A stretch of DNA of 63,997 nt, counting the filler, from Octopus bimaculoides (lineage: Eukaryota): NCBI RefSeq assembly GCF_001194135.2. It is 4 parts of 4 records of this genome, joined end to end, with 100 filler letters (N's around TTAATTAATTAA, not from the genome) between each part and the next. Parts side by side here need not be neighbours in the genome. Positions count along the whole stretch, not along the records: positions 21,657 to 39,023 come from NC_069001.1; 3 more parts are not named here. The stretch is one strand, 5' to 3'. Within the stretch, counting starts at the first letter, position 1. The number at the start of each line of letters is the position of its first letter. Position numbers and translations under genes: made by a program. Shown here piece by piece: positions 23,923 to 37,505 of the stretch. The notes under the pieces are model-generated. The model was not told where the DNA came from. It saw nothing but the letters and a program-made list of their open reading frames with translations, and searched no databases.

Positions 23923-24590
23923 CACAGGTCAACAAAATTAAATGCATTATACTCATTATGAATGCAAACCAACTTTTTTAGACTAATTTTTCATACTGAT
24001 TTCAAAATTTCATGCCATTTGTATGCAGTACGAATCAGTGTTTCAGTAGATACATGCAAATATTTACATATTTGTGTATATGAAATCTTTAAAGTAATAA
24101 ATAAGGAAATATTATTTTCAGAAAGTAAATGAGTTTATTGAATTAAAAATCATCACTTTCGTTCTACAAAGAGTGAATGCACAAAAAACGGGTCAGATAA
24201 ATCAAAGTTAGAACAACAGAGTTAGAAACATTGTGATTTGGATTTCCTGTGGTGTTCCCGATCTTGTTGATCACGGTAAAGTGTCCAGCAGTAGTCAGCC
24301 AGCATACTGTCCGTCCAAAAGCCTTGGTACCGTTTCTCCATAGCACTAATCTCCTGTTGAAATCATTCACCATGTTCATCAGACACTGCTACAAGGTTAT
24401 CTGCGAAGAAACCTGGATAGGTATCCAAAAAGTGAACTTTCAGTGACATGCGACAATCCATTCCTGAGTAACATTTCAGAAGATTCTTAATGCCATCCTT
24501 GTAATCTATTGCCTCCTTGCTGTCCAAGAAATTCTCACAGATCCAATTGAAGGCATTCGAAACAGGCTGTTCCATTTACTGCTTATATGA
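23923..24590 (-). mobile_element. 3' fragment of a Chapaev3-like (CMC) DNA transposon
   Basis: Minus strand CRMSLKVHFLDTYPGFFADNLVAVSDEHGE*FQQEISAMEKRYQGFWTDSMLADYCWTL matches a widespread transposase C-terminus ('MSLKIHFLHSHLDFF..NLGAVSDEHGERFHQDI'). The end reads cacaggtcaac and abuts tta. The Chapaev3 family label is from recollection. Confidence 0.7.
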
Positions 24591-25236
24591 TATTACCACC
24601 TTATTGGTAAAACACATACACGCACACATGCACACATGCACACCCATGCCCATGGTGTTTGCCTTAGAATTGAAACTGGTTCTACGTTGTTACTAAATGA
24701 ATTTCCTAAGCACAGAGCCATGGCAACAGAATGTATATATATAGATATATATGTGAAGAATAGTTGTGTACTTGAGTTTAGCATTGTGGGAGTTGTTGTT
24801 TCTGTTGTTGTTGTTGTCCGTTGCTGGTGATGCTGATGTTGCTGTTGGTGTTGTTTTCGTTGATGCCGAAGTTACTGTTGCTGCTGTTGCTGTCGTATCG
24901 AGTGTTCTGTTGTGGTCTTTCTTTCATAGAATATAAATATGTTTCTTTGATAAAGTATCCTATTCATTTCCGACTGACATTAAAGATATTTAGAAATTTT
25001 TTGACGTAAGAAAAAAAGTACATAAGATTGTGCAATATGTATATATACATATATACACTCAAACACACACACACACATATACATATATATATATAAATGC
25101 ACGCATATATATAAATGCAAATATTTTTATAGAGAATAATAAATATACATATGTATATATATGTAAATATATACATATATATATACATGTATATATACAC
25201 ACATGTATATACATATATATGTACACATATATATAA

Positions 25237-25296
<60 letters not shown>

Positions 25297-25678
25297 GATA
25301 TATGTGCGTCTATACATATCAGTATATATCTTTTTCTGTAAACATACATGCATATACAAGCAAAATACACACACACACACACACACGCACACACACACGC
25401 ACACACACGCACACACACACGCACACACACGCACACACACACGCACACACACACATATATATATACATATATATATATACATTTGTGTATATATATAACT
25501 GTATATACATTATGTCTTTATACATATGTATATACACTTATGGTTATGTTTATGTATGTGCGTATGTTTGTATGCATGTATGTACATACATCTTCGCTTC
25601 ATGTGATTTGAAAAGTATTTAGGTCATACACTGTATCCTCTATGCGCAAGCACATTTGCACATTAGGTAAACATATAC

Positions 25679-25741
<63 letters not shown>

Positions 25742-25975
25742 CATTATTATCATTATCATTGTTGTTTTTGTATTAATACATGTACTAGTCGTATAACTGT
25801 ATTAGAAGTAGTGCATTTACATATGTATGTATATATGTATGTATGCATTTATATGTGTCATATTTAGAAATGAGATGTGTGTCTTTTCCACATAAATAAA
25901 ACAAACGTGAATATCTATACACAAATGCAGTTTCATGCACGTGCACGTGTGTATGCACATCTAATTATGTATGAA

Positions 25976-26008
<33 letters not shown>

Positions 26009-26009
<1 letters not shown>

Positions 26010-26205
26010 CGAGACTTTACAAAAAAGCAAAAGACGAAGACGGGTGTGTAAACAACAAACAGATGTATTAGTTTAACGCTCGGGAAATGAGAAAGTCTTT
26101 TACGTTTCAAACCTACACTCTTCGACAGAAAGGAACACAAAAATAAGCAGGGTGAGCCAATAGAAAAAGGTTTAGTCGCTAGCGATTTATCATGACGAAA
26201 TTGTA
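26009..26205 (-). mobile_element. ~200-nt HHR-bearing dispersed repeat (family C), copy 1
   Basis: Shares gtgtaaacaacaaa..gatgtattagtttaacgctcgggaa..gagaaagtctt with 49445-49650 and 32560-32655. Flanked by (TA)n tracts on both sides. Confidence 0.7.
26097..26132 (-). ncRNA. Hammerhead-like motif with U6 core (CUGUCGA)
   Basis: Minus strand: cttt-CTGTCGA-a-gagt-gtag-gttt-GAAA-cg-TA-aaag. Stem I is cttt/aaag, stem II is wobble-rich, triplet is GUA. Confidence 0.45.
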
Positions 26206-27211
26206 TACATGTATATGTATATATATATATATATATATNNNNNNNNNNNNNNNNNNNNNNNNNNNNNNNNNNNNNNNNNNNNNNNNNNNNNNNNNNNNNN
26301 NNNNNNNNNNNNNNNNNNNNNNNNNNNNNNNNNNNNNNNNNNNNNNNNNNNNNNNNNNNNNNNNNNNNNNNNNNNNNNNNNNNNNNNNNNNNNNNNNNNN
26401 NNNNNNNNNNNNNNNNNNNNNNNNNNNNNNNNNNNNNNNNNNNNNNNNNNNNNNNNNNNNNNNNNNNNNNNNNNNNNNNNNNNNNNNNNNNNNNNNNNNN
26501 NNNNNNNNNNNNNNNNNNNNNNNNNNNNNNNNNNNNNNNNNNNNNNNNNNNNNNNNNNNNNNNNNNNNNNNNNNNNNNNNNNNNNNNNNNNNNNNNNNNN
26601 NNNNNNNNNNNNNNNNNNNNNNNNNNNNNNNNNNNNNNNNNNNNNNNNNNNNNNNNNNNNNNNNNNNNNNNNNNNNNNNNNNNNNNNNNNNNNNNNNNNN
26701 NNNNNNNNNNNNNNNNNNNNNNNNNNNNNNNNNNNNNNNNNNNNNNNNNNNNNNNNNNNNNNNNNNNNNNNNNNNNNNNNNNNNNNNNNNNNNNNNNNNN
26801 NNNNNNNNNNNNNNNNNNNNNNNNNNNNNNNNNNNNNNNNNNNNNNNNNNNNNNATATATATATATATATATATACATATATATGTATATTTATATACGT
26901 GTGTGTGTGCCTTTGTCTGTGTATGAAGGAGTATGAATTGGCGTGTCTATTTGAATATGTGTAAGTGAGAGTGCGTGGCCCTGTTGTTAAGGATATTCCA
27001 CTAGCGACCGCCAGACCGTTGACTTGATTCCCCGACAGGGCAGTGCGTAGTGTCCTTTAGCAAAATACATCTTCGACGGTGCTTTTTGATCACTTCATAA
27101 CCCAACATTTGGAACATTCTGCATCTGTACTGGCATTGTCTATTTAATGAGGGATATGTGCTAATTTAGAGCATAATGCTTTGATTACTATAAGCAAATT
27201 ATGTATGCAAG

Positions 27212-27251
<40 letters not shown>

Positions 27252-27409
27252 GTGCGTGCGTGCGTGTATGTGTGTGTATGTGTGTATGTATGTATGTATG
27301 CATGTGTATACATATATATGTGTGTGTATGCAAATATGTATATATATATACATATATGTATAACTTGATTCACTGGCATATATGCATGTATACATATATA
27401 TTTGTACTC

Positions 27410-27450
<41 letters not shown>

Positions 27451-27531
27451 TGTTTGTGTGTGTGTGTGTGCGTGTACATTTGTATGTATGTATGTATGCA
27501 TGTGTATACATATATATGTGTGTGTATGCAA

Positions 27532-27562
<31 letters not shown>

Positions 27563-28390
27563 CCTGCATAAATGCCTACGTATAAACGGATGAAACGAGG
27601 TCTAAATCGTTATATTGTCACCGATGATTGATGGTGAAATCATATTTGTCAAATTTCGTTTAACGACATTTTCATCATCAACGTTTTTTCACCATCTACA
27701 ATTTTGTCTGCTGCATAAAATAATTCTGTCCTCATTACACNNNNNNNNNNNNNNNNNNNNNNNNNNNNNNNNNNNNNNNNNNNNNNNNNNNNNNNNNNNN
27801 NNNNNNNNNNNNNNNNNNNNNNNNNNNNNNNNNNNNNNNNNNNNNNNNNNNNNNNNNNNNNNNNNNNNNNNNNNNNNNNNNNNNNNNNNNNNNNNNNNNN
27901 NNNNNNNNNNNNNNNNNNNNNNNNNNNNNNNNNNNNNNNNNNNNNNNNNNNNNNNNNNNNNNNNNNNNNNNNNNNNNNNNNNNNNNNNNNNNNNNNNNNN
28001 NNNNNNNNNNNNNNNNNNNNNNNNNNNNNNNNNNNNNNNNNNNNNNNNNNNNNNNNNNNNNNNNNNNNNNNNNNNNNNNNNNNNNNNNNNNNNNNNNNNN
28101 NNNNNNNNNNNNNNNNNNNNNNNNNNNNNNNNNNNNNNNNNNNNNNNNNNNNNNNNNNNNNNNNNNNNNNNNNNNNNNNNNNNNNNNNNNNNNNNNNNNN
28201 NNNNNNNNNNNNNNNNNNNNNNNNNNNNNNNNNNNNNNNNNNNNNNNNNNNNNNNNNNNNNNNNNNNNNNNNNNNNNNNNNNNNNNNNNNNNNNNNNNNN
28301 NNNNNNNNNNNNNNNNNNNNNNNNNNNNNNNNNNNNNNNNNNNNNNNNNNNNNNNNNNNNNNNNNNNNNNNNNNNNNNNNNNNNNNNATC

Positions 28391-28443
<53 letters not shown>

Positions 28444-28585
28444 CTCTGCAGAGTTCTTGAAGCATGTTCAATAAACAAATGTCATCTTAGTCTGTTGGCT
28501 GTCGACAGCTGACACTTTCCAGTATACCCAGCAAAGAAAGCTGAGTTTTTTCATGATATAATAATAATGACAATAATAACAACAG

Positions 28586-28661
<76 letters not shown>

Positions 28662-28890
28662 CAGCTACAACAACAACATTCATTTGTAGTTTTGTATGTA
28701 ATCTGTTTATCTTCTTTTGTAGTTTATAGTAAAAGAAATCCCATTTGCATATGCGCGTTTCTATCTCTGAACATCCACAGTATCTGTCGAGCACATGACT
28801 TAGGTTTGCTTTTTTTCTGATTATTGTTAATGAATCTACTCACAGGATACAACAAGGTAGATAGATAGATAGATAGAATAGATAGATAGA

Positions 28891-28967
<77 letters not shown>

Positions 28968-28986
28968 ATAGATAGANNNNNNNNNN

Positions 28987-29083
<97 letters not shown>

Positions 29084-29949
29084 CAAGAGGAGAGAAAGAA
29101 TGGACATATTTAGTTCTATCGCCAAAGACTTTGAATCTTTTATAACTTAGGCTCAGATGTTTGCGAAAATCCCCCGTTAAAATATTTCCTGTCACAGTTG
29201 TATGTGGCAGCCATGATACTGCGCACAATATTACAGCTGCCGTGACAAAGTTTGCGAGCGTAGTTATGTTTGTATATGTATGTGCATGCGCGCGCGCGTG
29301 TGTGTGTGTCTGTGTGTGTGTGTGTGTGTGTAAATGTGGGTATGACAGTATATATAAGAGTAGATGAATGTTGAATTATAAATGCCCATTATATACTGCT
29401 ATACTAACTGTGAAATTATAGATATAGTTTTAAACCCTGAAAGAAAAAAGAAAAACTACGGTAAAACTGGTTATAAAGAGGATGAAAACGAAGACGTCAC
29501 CGAATGATTCACTATTGATAACTTAACTATATTGATGGATGAGCTAATGTACTCATCAAAGGACTAGAAGTATGTGACTTAAAAACGGAACAAAAACTAC
29601 TGGATTTTTATATCATACATAAAAGAAACTATATAGGGAAAGATCAAAGCGTATGAAACCTTGCTTGGATAACATGTTCACAGAGATAACTAACAGTAAT
29701 TTTAGAAAATATGAGAGTAGTATTCCATCACTTCGTAGTCTTTCAACATCCAGTAAACACAAAATCCGACCTGCAATAAGATAAACCGATGATTCAACTG
29801 CCAGTGTGAAGCCACATGTTGTCTTGACATCTAAGTCAGCCTGATTAATTGGTAAAAGGTATTGTATCACTTTGGGTGTGACACTAACGCAACAGCCTGT
29901 GTAAATACAATGCAGTGTCCCTAGTTTAGGCGGGGTGGTTGGAGGAGCA

Positions 29950-30600
29950 AAAATTTCGAAAGACACGAGACCCGCTGCCCAGTCGTGTTTCTACAATGTT
30001 CCTGGCCAGTCTGTCTTATGTAAATCGAAACGCCAAAGGGAATATTAGAGTGGGTAGACAAAATTAGCAAGTCCTAAAATGTTGGCTGAAGGTGATGCTG
30101 CACAAAGTCATATTTCTTTGAGGCTAAAAAAGCTCGCTTTGCGACAGTGTGTTTTCGTTTCCAGCCTCACTGCGCAGTATCTTGAGGAAGTGTCTTTTAC
30201 TGCAGCACGGGACCGACCATTACCTTGTGAATGAATTTTCTCGACAGAATCTATGTGTCTGACTTTGTGTTTGCTGCACCATCGCTACTTGTGAGCCGCT
30301 ATTCGTACATCCTAGGTCAACTCAAGTTCGATTCGAAGTGTTACTACCATTCATGGGCCCCAGTGATGGTCAGACCACAGAAGATATTCATGAAGCTAAG
30401 GCATAAAGGACTCAGGCGAGCGCTGGTCTGAAGTTATGTGTCTCATAAGTCCACCGGTATATTGGCATGTTTTGTTATCTCATGAAGCGCTCTCCCAGCG
30501 TAAAAGTTAAGTAAGCTCTTTCGGGCCTCGAAAGTAAGGTTGGGGAAGCAAGTGACTTGCAGAGTAAAATTATGAGATTTTGGGTTTTGGTATGGACGAC
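29950..30600 (-). mobile_element. Possible highly degraded LINE endonuclease/linker fragment
   Basis: Minus strand YSLWRFDLHKTDWPGTL*KHDW resembles the CR1/L2 linker 'W....ADW..L....DW'; upstream SLLNFYAGRALHEITKHANIP is weakly endonuclease-like. Confidence 0.3.
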
Positions 30601-32522
30601 CACGACTGCTACGATCTATAAGCATGGTTACACGAAGACAGAGGGAGAGACAGACAGACAGACAAACCAGACAGAAGCAGAGAGAGAGAGAGAGAGTGAG
30701 AGACAGACAGACAGACAGACAAACGGGCAAGCAAGCAGGCAGGTAGGCAGACGGATAGACAGATAGCCGCAGGAAGACAGAGAATCACCAGAGAATGATA
30801 TAAAGGGAGATAAAGAAAGAGACAGAGTGAGATAGAGAGACAGGGAGAGACATAGGGAGAGACGAAGAAAACGACAGGAAGAGAGAGAAAGAGACAGTGG
30901 ACAGGGAGAGACAGAAATATAAACGGAGAGACAGAGATAAAGAGAGAGACGCAGACACAGAGACATAGACAAAGGGAGACAGAGAGACAAAGAGAAAGAG
31001 AGGAAGACAGAGAGAGGGAGAGAGAGACAGACAGACACACACACACACACACACATACACACAAAATATGAGTTCATTGTGTGGAAAATTTTGTATTAAA
31101 AACCGAAAATTAATATCCGTGGATATACTTGGCCACTCCGTGTTCCTAAACATTCACTGAGGTACTGGTTTATAATTCTTTTGCAATTCTTCTGTTGTCA
31201 AACATTCCATTTCAGATAAATTAATTTCCAATGCAATTTAGTCTTGTTGTCTTGGAGATTGGGTATTTTGGGATTATTTTCATCAAACTAATCCTTACAT
31301 TAACGAGTCTTGAAGCAAGAACCAGAAGGAAGCTAACGAATGCAAATTTGAAGAACAAAACAAGGAGACACGTTGAATGCAAAACACTGAATCACAACTC
31401 TAACTAAATTAACAACACAGATGCACAAACAAACAGTACATATTCATATACATATACTTACAAGCAATACACAAAAACAAACAACACACACTTGCGTGCA
31501 TACACGTGCTTGAATATACAGAGAACAAAAGGAAGACAGTATTAGAATGAGAAAAAAAATCATTGAAATCGTTCAGGGGGTAACAGAAGTGTGACGAAAA
31601 TTCTACGAAAAACTCCTTAATTATTGACTAATTGATTAGATACCAATACATCTGAAGTGAATCAGTGCATGTATGTGCGTGTTTATTGACTAAAACGACT
31701 CCCAAAGGCGAACAAATTGGGTTTGAACACACAATATATATACATCTATATATGTATGTATANNNNNNNNNNNNNNNNNNNNNNNNNNNNNNNNNNNNNN
31801 NNNNNNNNNNNNNNNNNNNNNNNNNNNNNNNNNNNNNNNNNNNNNNNNNNNNNNNNNNNNNNNNNNNNNNNNNNNNNNNNNNNNNNNNNNNNNNNNNNNN
31901 NNNNNNNNNNNNNNNNNNNNNNNNNNNNNNNNNNNNNNNNNNNNNNNNNNNNNNNNNNNNNNNNNNNNNNNNNNNNNNNNNNNNNNNNNNNNNNNNNNNN
32001 NNNNNNNNNNNNNNNNNNNNNNNNNNNNNNNNNNNNNNNNNNNNNNNNNNNNNNNNNNNNNNNNNNNNNNNNNNNNNNNNNNNNNNNNNNNNNNNNNNNN
32101 NNNNNNNNNNNNNNNNNNNNNNNNNNNNNNNNNNNNNNNNNNNNNNNNNNNNNNNNNNNNNNNNNNNNNNNNNNNNNNNNNNNNNNNNNNNNNNNNNNNN
32201 NNNNNNNNNNNNNNNNNNNNNNNNNNNNNNNNNNNNNNNNNNNNNNNNNNNNNNNNNNNNNNNNNNNNNNNNNNNNNNNNNNNNNNNNNNNNNNNNNNNN
32301 NNNNNNNNNNNNNNNNNNNNNNNNNNNNNNNNNNNNNNNNNNNNNNNNNNNNNNTATATATAGTGAAGTGGTGAAACCTTTTCCTCTAGAAGCCTATGCG
32401 TGGTAATTTATTAAGTTATAAAATACAGAATATCTGAAAGTTATGGTACGAGATATATATTTTCGTCTGAAGACGATGTTCCAGCATGGCCGCAGACGGG
32501 TAACTGAAACAAGTAAAAAAAA

Positions 32523-32555
<33 letters not shown>

Positions 32556-32559
32556 AATA

Positions 32560-32655
32560 TAGTTGGAATTTACAAACGAAAAATAAAAGGCGAAGGCGGG
32601 TGTGCAAACAACAAACAGATGTATTAGTTTAATGCTCGGGAAGTGTGAAAATAAT
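32560..32655 (-). mobile_element. Family C repeat, truncated copy lacking the HHR
   Basis: gaatttacaaacgaaaataaaaggcgaaggcgggtgtgcaaacaacaaacagatgtattagtttaatgctcgggaa aligns to the other two copies and follows a (TA)n tract. Confidence 0.6.
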
Positions 32656-34059
32656 TTTGAGGTCATCTATGCACAATATTGATGTATGAATGGGTGTATA
32701 GTATTCTATACCTGCTAGGATATGACATCTTGAGTGGATACTCAAACTGTGGCATACAAATGACAACTAAGGTGGTGCCATCTCTTAGTACAACTTTAAG
32801 AAACCTAGACATCCCTGTCACATTCCTTTTAGTGGTCACCTCCCCTTATACACACACACACACACACATATATATATATGTATATATATATATGTATACA
32901 GCTATAGATGTACACACATATATATGTATATACACACACATTGTTAAATGTACATATATATGTGTGCATATTTGCAGAATATATGTATGTATTAAAGAAT
33001 ACTTACGTATATTTACATATAGACAGACAAACAAATAGGTAGATAGATAGATAGATACATACATACATACATACATACATACATACATACATACATAGAC
33101 ATATGATTGCAGTTCACTCATGTCAGAGAAAAACCATCACCAATTTATGATAGAATAGTTGTTTCCTCAGCGTCTCTATGGAGCTGTCTAGGCATCAAAC
33201 ATATCTTTTCACAAACCTTGCATATAAAGCTATCCCTTTACATTATACATATCTACTCACACAGTGACATGCGCACACACATGTCATGAACTTTTGTGTA
33301 CTGATGTATCCCACACGTACATATATGAGGGAAATTGTATTTATATATAAATGTATTTATGTCTGCATCGATATACATATGTAGCCAATAGGTTTATTTT
33401 ATTTCTATATAAAATATACTTGGAGTTACATTTTGATATTTCGGGTAAAATACTTCCTAATCAAGAAAAACTCGATTTTAAACGGTGTTGAGATTATTAG
33501 ACGCTAAACCACTCCAGAGGTGTACCCTTATTTACTAACCTGCTCTAAACAACGCTAAATTAGCCCCGTTGGCCTCAGTGTAAATAGCTATCTCTTAGAA
33601 TAATATAGTTTAACTATTTATAGAGATGATGAGTGAATTGATAGAATACTGAGTTGGACTGAATACCTCTTGTTCGTGGCAAGGAGACTGCATTCCGACG
33701 CACACTTAGCCTGTTGTATATGTTTCATCTTTGCATGTCCTAAGTATGACATTACCCTACTCTGGTACACCGCTGATTCGATACAATCCGTATCCAAGCT
33801 TGACTATATATATGTATATGTATGTATCTGTATATGTATGTATATGTATGTATGTGTGTTATACATATGTTCTTACTGATAGATCTATTTACTTTCTCTC
33901 TACATTTGGTTATCCCATCATTATACACATCTTTGAATTGATCTTATTTGAATTGTCGATGGGGCCCCTCGATTTCATCCAACACATATATGGTTTCTTA
34001 TTGGTATTGTTTTCCTGTATATATATATATACTTAAATGTATTTGTCTTCTCAAATAAA

Positions 34060-34375
34060 TTGGAATTTGTGTTTGAGATTCTTATGAAATAGTAAGGTAT
34101 TACTCAGACACTCAATTATAAATCCACCACATCTTGGAGGGGAAACAGCTGTAGGTTTCCATCAATGCAGTCATGTTACCAAATCGGTTGTGGATTACAC
34201 AGATTTGTGGAAAGTAGTGTGTCGCCCCGGGAGGCTTGAAGCGCCATATGAAAATTCAGAAGAAGGATGAGTCGCAAAAATAGCTCCAACGTCATTTACT
34301 CTTGTCAATGGTGTGGTAAAGAATGTAGAGGTTTGACTAGATTGGAAAGTTATATACGAGCATTACATGTGTAGG
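34060..34375 (+). pseudogene. Decayed tandem C2H2-like zinc-finger remnant (probably an RTE-LINE C-terminus)
   Basis: ICGK*CVAPGGLKRHMKIQ and, in another frame, YSCQWCGKECRGLTRLESYIRALH. A stop codon and a frameshift exclude an intact exon. Confidence 0.4.
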
Positions 34376-34824
34376 ACGTTCGATCAGGCGATAGCGATAT
34401 TCGAATACTAGTTTACAGCCATCATTCATGTGTGTACGCACGTACGTACGTATGAATGCATTTCTATGAATGTATTATGTACGTACGTACGTATACATGT
34501 ACGTACGTATACATGTATGTATGTATGTATGTATGTATGTATGTATTCATGTATGTACGTATGTATGTATGTACGTATGTATGTATATGTATGCATGTAT
34601 GAATGCATGGATGTATATATATATGTATGAATGAATGAAATCAGGAGTAATTTTCTGTTTATCCATTACATTTATTATTTAATATATTTATTACGACCAC
34701 TTATACGTATTCAGTTTTTAGTAAATATCTCTTTCCTGTAGAGAGCCATAATCGATCGAATTTGTCTAAATTCGGATAATGTTTTCTCAAATAGTAATAG
34801 AGTAAATAATAAACCGTCCTAGAG

Positions 34825-34876
<52 letters not shown>

Positions 34877-36024
34877 NNNNNNNNNNNNNNNNNNNNNNNN
34901 NNNNNNNNNNNNNNNNNNNNNNNNNNNNNNNNNNNNNNNNNNNNNNNNNNNNNNNNNNNNNNNNNNNNNNNNNNNNNNNNNNNNNNNNNNNNNNNNNNNN
35001 NNNNNNNNNNNNNNNNNNNNNNNNNNNNNNNNNNNNNNNNNNNNNNNNNNNNNNNNNNNNNNNNNNNNNNNNNNNNNNNNNNNNNNNNNNNNNNNNNNNN
35101 NNNNNNNNNNNNNNNNNNNNNNNNNNNNNNNNNNNNNNNNNNNNNNNNNNNNNNNNNNNNNNNNNNNNNNNNNNNNNNNNNNNNNNNNNNNNNNNNNNNN
35201 NNNNNNNNNNNNNNNNNNNNNNNNNNNNNNNNNNNNNNNNNNNNNNNNNNNNNNNNNNNNNNNNNNNNNNNNNNNNNNNNNNNNNNNNNNNNNNNNNNNN
35301 NNNNNNNNNNNNNNNNNNNNNNNNNNNNNNNNNNNNNNNNNNNNNNNNNNNNNNNNNNNNNNNNNNNNNNNNNNNNNNNNNNNNNNNNNNNNNNNNNNNN
35401 NNNNNNNNNNNNNNNNNNNNNNNNNNNNNNNNNNNNNNNNNNNNNNNNNNNNNNNNNNNNNNNNNNNNNNNNNNNNNNNNNNNNNNNNNNNNNNNNNNNN
35501 NNNNNNNNNNNNNNNNNNNNNNNNNNNNNNNNNNNNNNNNNNNNNNNNNNNNNNNNNNNNNNNNNNNNNNNNNNNNNNNNNNNNNNNNNNNNNNNNNNNN
35601 NNNNNNNNNNNNNNNNNNNNNNNNNNNNNNNNNNNNNNNNNNNNNNNNNNNNNNNNNNNNNNNNNNNNNNNNNNNNNNNNNNNNNNNNNNNNNNNNNNNN
35701 NNNNNNNNNNNNNNNNNNNNNNNNNNNNNNNNNNNNNNNNNNNNNNNNNNNNNNNNNNNNNNNNNNNNNNNNNNNNNNNNNNNNNNNNNNNNNNNNNNNN
35801 NNNNNNNNNNNNNNNNNNNNNNNTTTATACGTTGTCATTGTGTTTAGACGCTATGTTTGTTTAGTTAAGTGAATGTGTGGTTCTTTTTTTTTTCTGAATT
35901 GCGTATGCATGCGCGTGAGAAAAATTTTACATTTTTTTGCTGTACTTCCAATATAGAAGTTAGTGAGAAGCCTAATATGTGTGAACGTGTGTGTGTTTGT
36001 ATGTATGTATATTTACTTCGAATG

Positions 36025-36071
<47 letters not shown>

Positions 36072-36639
36072 GAGAGTGTGAGTGTGTGCATTAAATCATA
36101 TCTGCATAATCGAATAAAATTCACTATATAAAACAGAGTAAAACGTAAAGTGAAATGTATTAAATGATATAGTCCATTAATGATAATACATTTTCGCAAG
36201 GTGCTAGATAACCTAGAGTACAACCTAATCATCAGACAATTAAAAAGCTCAAACTTTTCTTCGAATATTAGTGACATAGAGGAATTGTTTGGCTGTGTTC
36301 CCCTAGATTTCCATTTGTTGTGTTATGGATTTGCAAATATGGCGTCTTTATTCCTTATATATATTATTAGGCTTCGTTTTTTTCTCTTGGCTAAGACAAA
36401 AATATATACTGGGGTGGAAATTTGAATATAGGCCTATGTTGTATAAAATGTGGAATGTTAATGGGTTGAAATTACAAAGGAACCAGTGAGTGCAATTTAT
36501 ATATACTCCATGTCTGTTACTAGCACTAATGATCCGAGTAAATGGCAGTGACTATAAAGATCAAGGGCGTTTCATAGAGAGTTTAAAATTGGGGAGCGAA
36601 TTAACGTGAGAGTGGTTCCTCTCAGTAAATAGTCGTTTA

Positions 36640-37300
36640 GCGATCCACTCCATGAATATATAATGAAATCTGGATATTTAATGCAGTTGCTACATTTTAC
36701 GAATGAACCTGATCTATAGTTCAGATACAGGGTATACTAATTTTGTTTGCTATGAGTTATTTTATAGCAATGCATAATCTGACACATTATGTGCGATTGC
36801 TGCCGATTTTGTACTTTTGGGGGATCCTCCACTTAACGTATACAATAGCATATTTTCACATTCCATACGTAAATAGCTATTTTATTCCAGCCCTTCTTTC
36901 CATATTTCTGAAAGAATCGTTGTTTCAATTTATTTTTCATAATGGCTGCTTAGTGCTTGGTGGCAGTGGAGGTGGCATCTACCTCATAGATAATTGCTTT
37001 AACACTGTATTACTGATTAATGGAGCATGCATTGTTATTTCTGTTTATGCAGCAGTTTATTTCCATTTAATTTAGTTTGCTTTTATACTGCTGGCACAGC
37101 TTTAACTTGATTTACAGTTATTTTTATTAAATAGGGTTCTTTACAGGCGTTAATTTTATACCAAGTCTATGAAATTTTATTAATGTTAGAAATTAAAACG
37201 AAGGAGAACGGAGGTGTAAACCAAGTAATATTTCAACATCACATTTTACTAACGTATAAGGGTTTTCTTCTGTTGTATTTCTGCATGTGCTTTTCCTGTG
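36640..37300 (-). mobile_element. Degraded Neptune-type Penelope-like element (thumb/linker plus GIY-YIG region)
   Basis: Minus-strand pieces occur in the expected order: NITWFTPPFS (PLE 'IIWFNPPFS'), NCCINRNNNACSINQ*YSVKAIIYEV (like 'CNCR...CPLNGxCL..IVY'), MKNKLKQRF, AIYVWNVK, VKWRI, CVRLC, LNYRS. There are many stops and frameshifts. Confidence 0.6.
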
Positions 37301-37387
37301 TTCTACTGTAGTACAGGGTTACATAAAGGTGATTTCATTACAAACGTGAGATACATTTTGCTGTTATTAGTCGGGTTTTAGAAACTA

Positions 37388-37505
37388 TGGATGGATGGAT
37401 GAATGGATGGATGGATGGATGGATGGATGGATGAATGGATGGATGGATGGATGGATGGAGGGACGGAGGGATGGATGGATGGATGGATTGATGGATGGAT
37501 GGATT
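37388..37505 (+). repeat. (GGAT)n microsatellite
   Basis: Directly visible. Confidence 0.95.

Noticed and set aside
28740-28790. Minus-strand ata-CTGTGGA-...-GAAA-cgcg-CA-tat
   Set aside because: U16.1 is missing, the core is altered and the stems are weak; at most a dead relic.
29460-29770. Possible pogo/Tigger C-terminal remnant
   Set aside because: The resemblance (TIDNL, LDNMF) is too weak to support a call.
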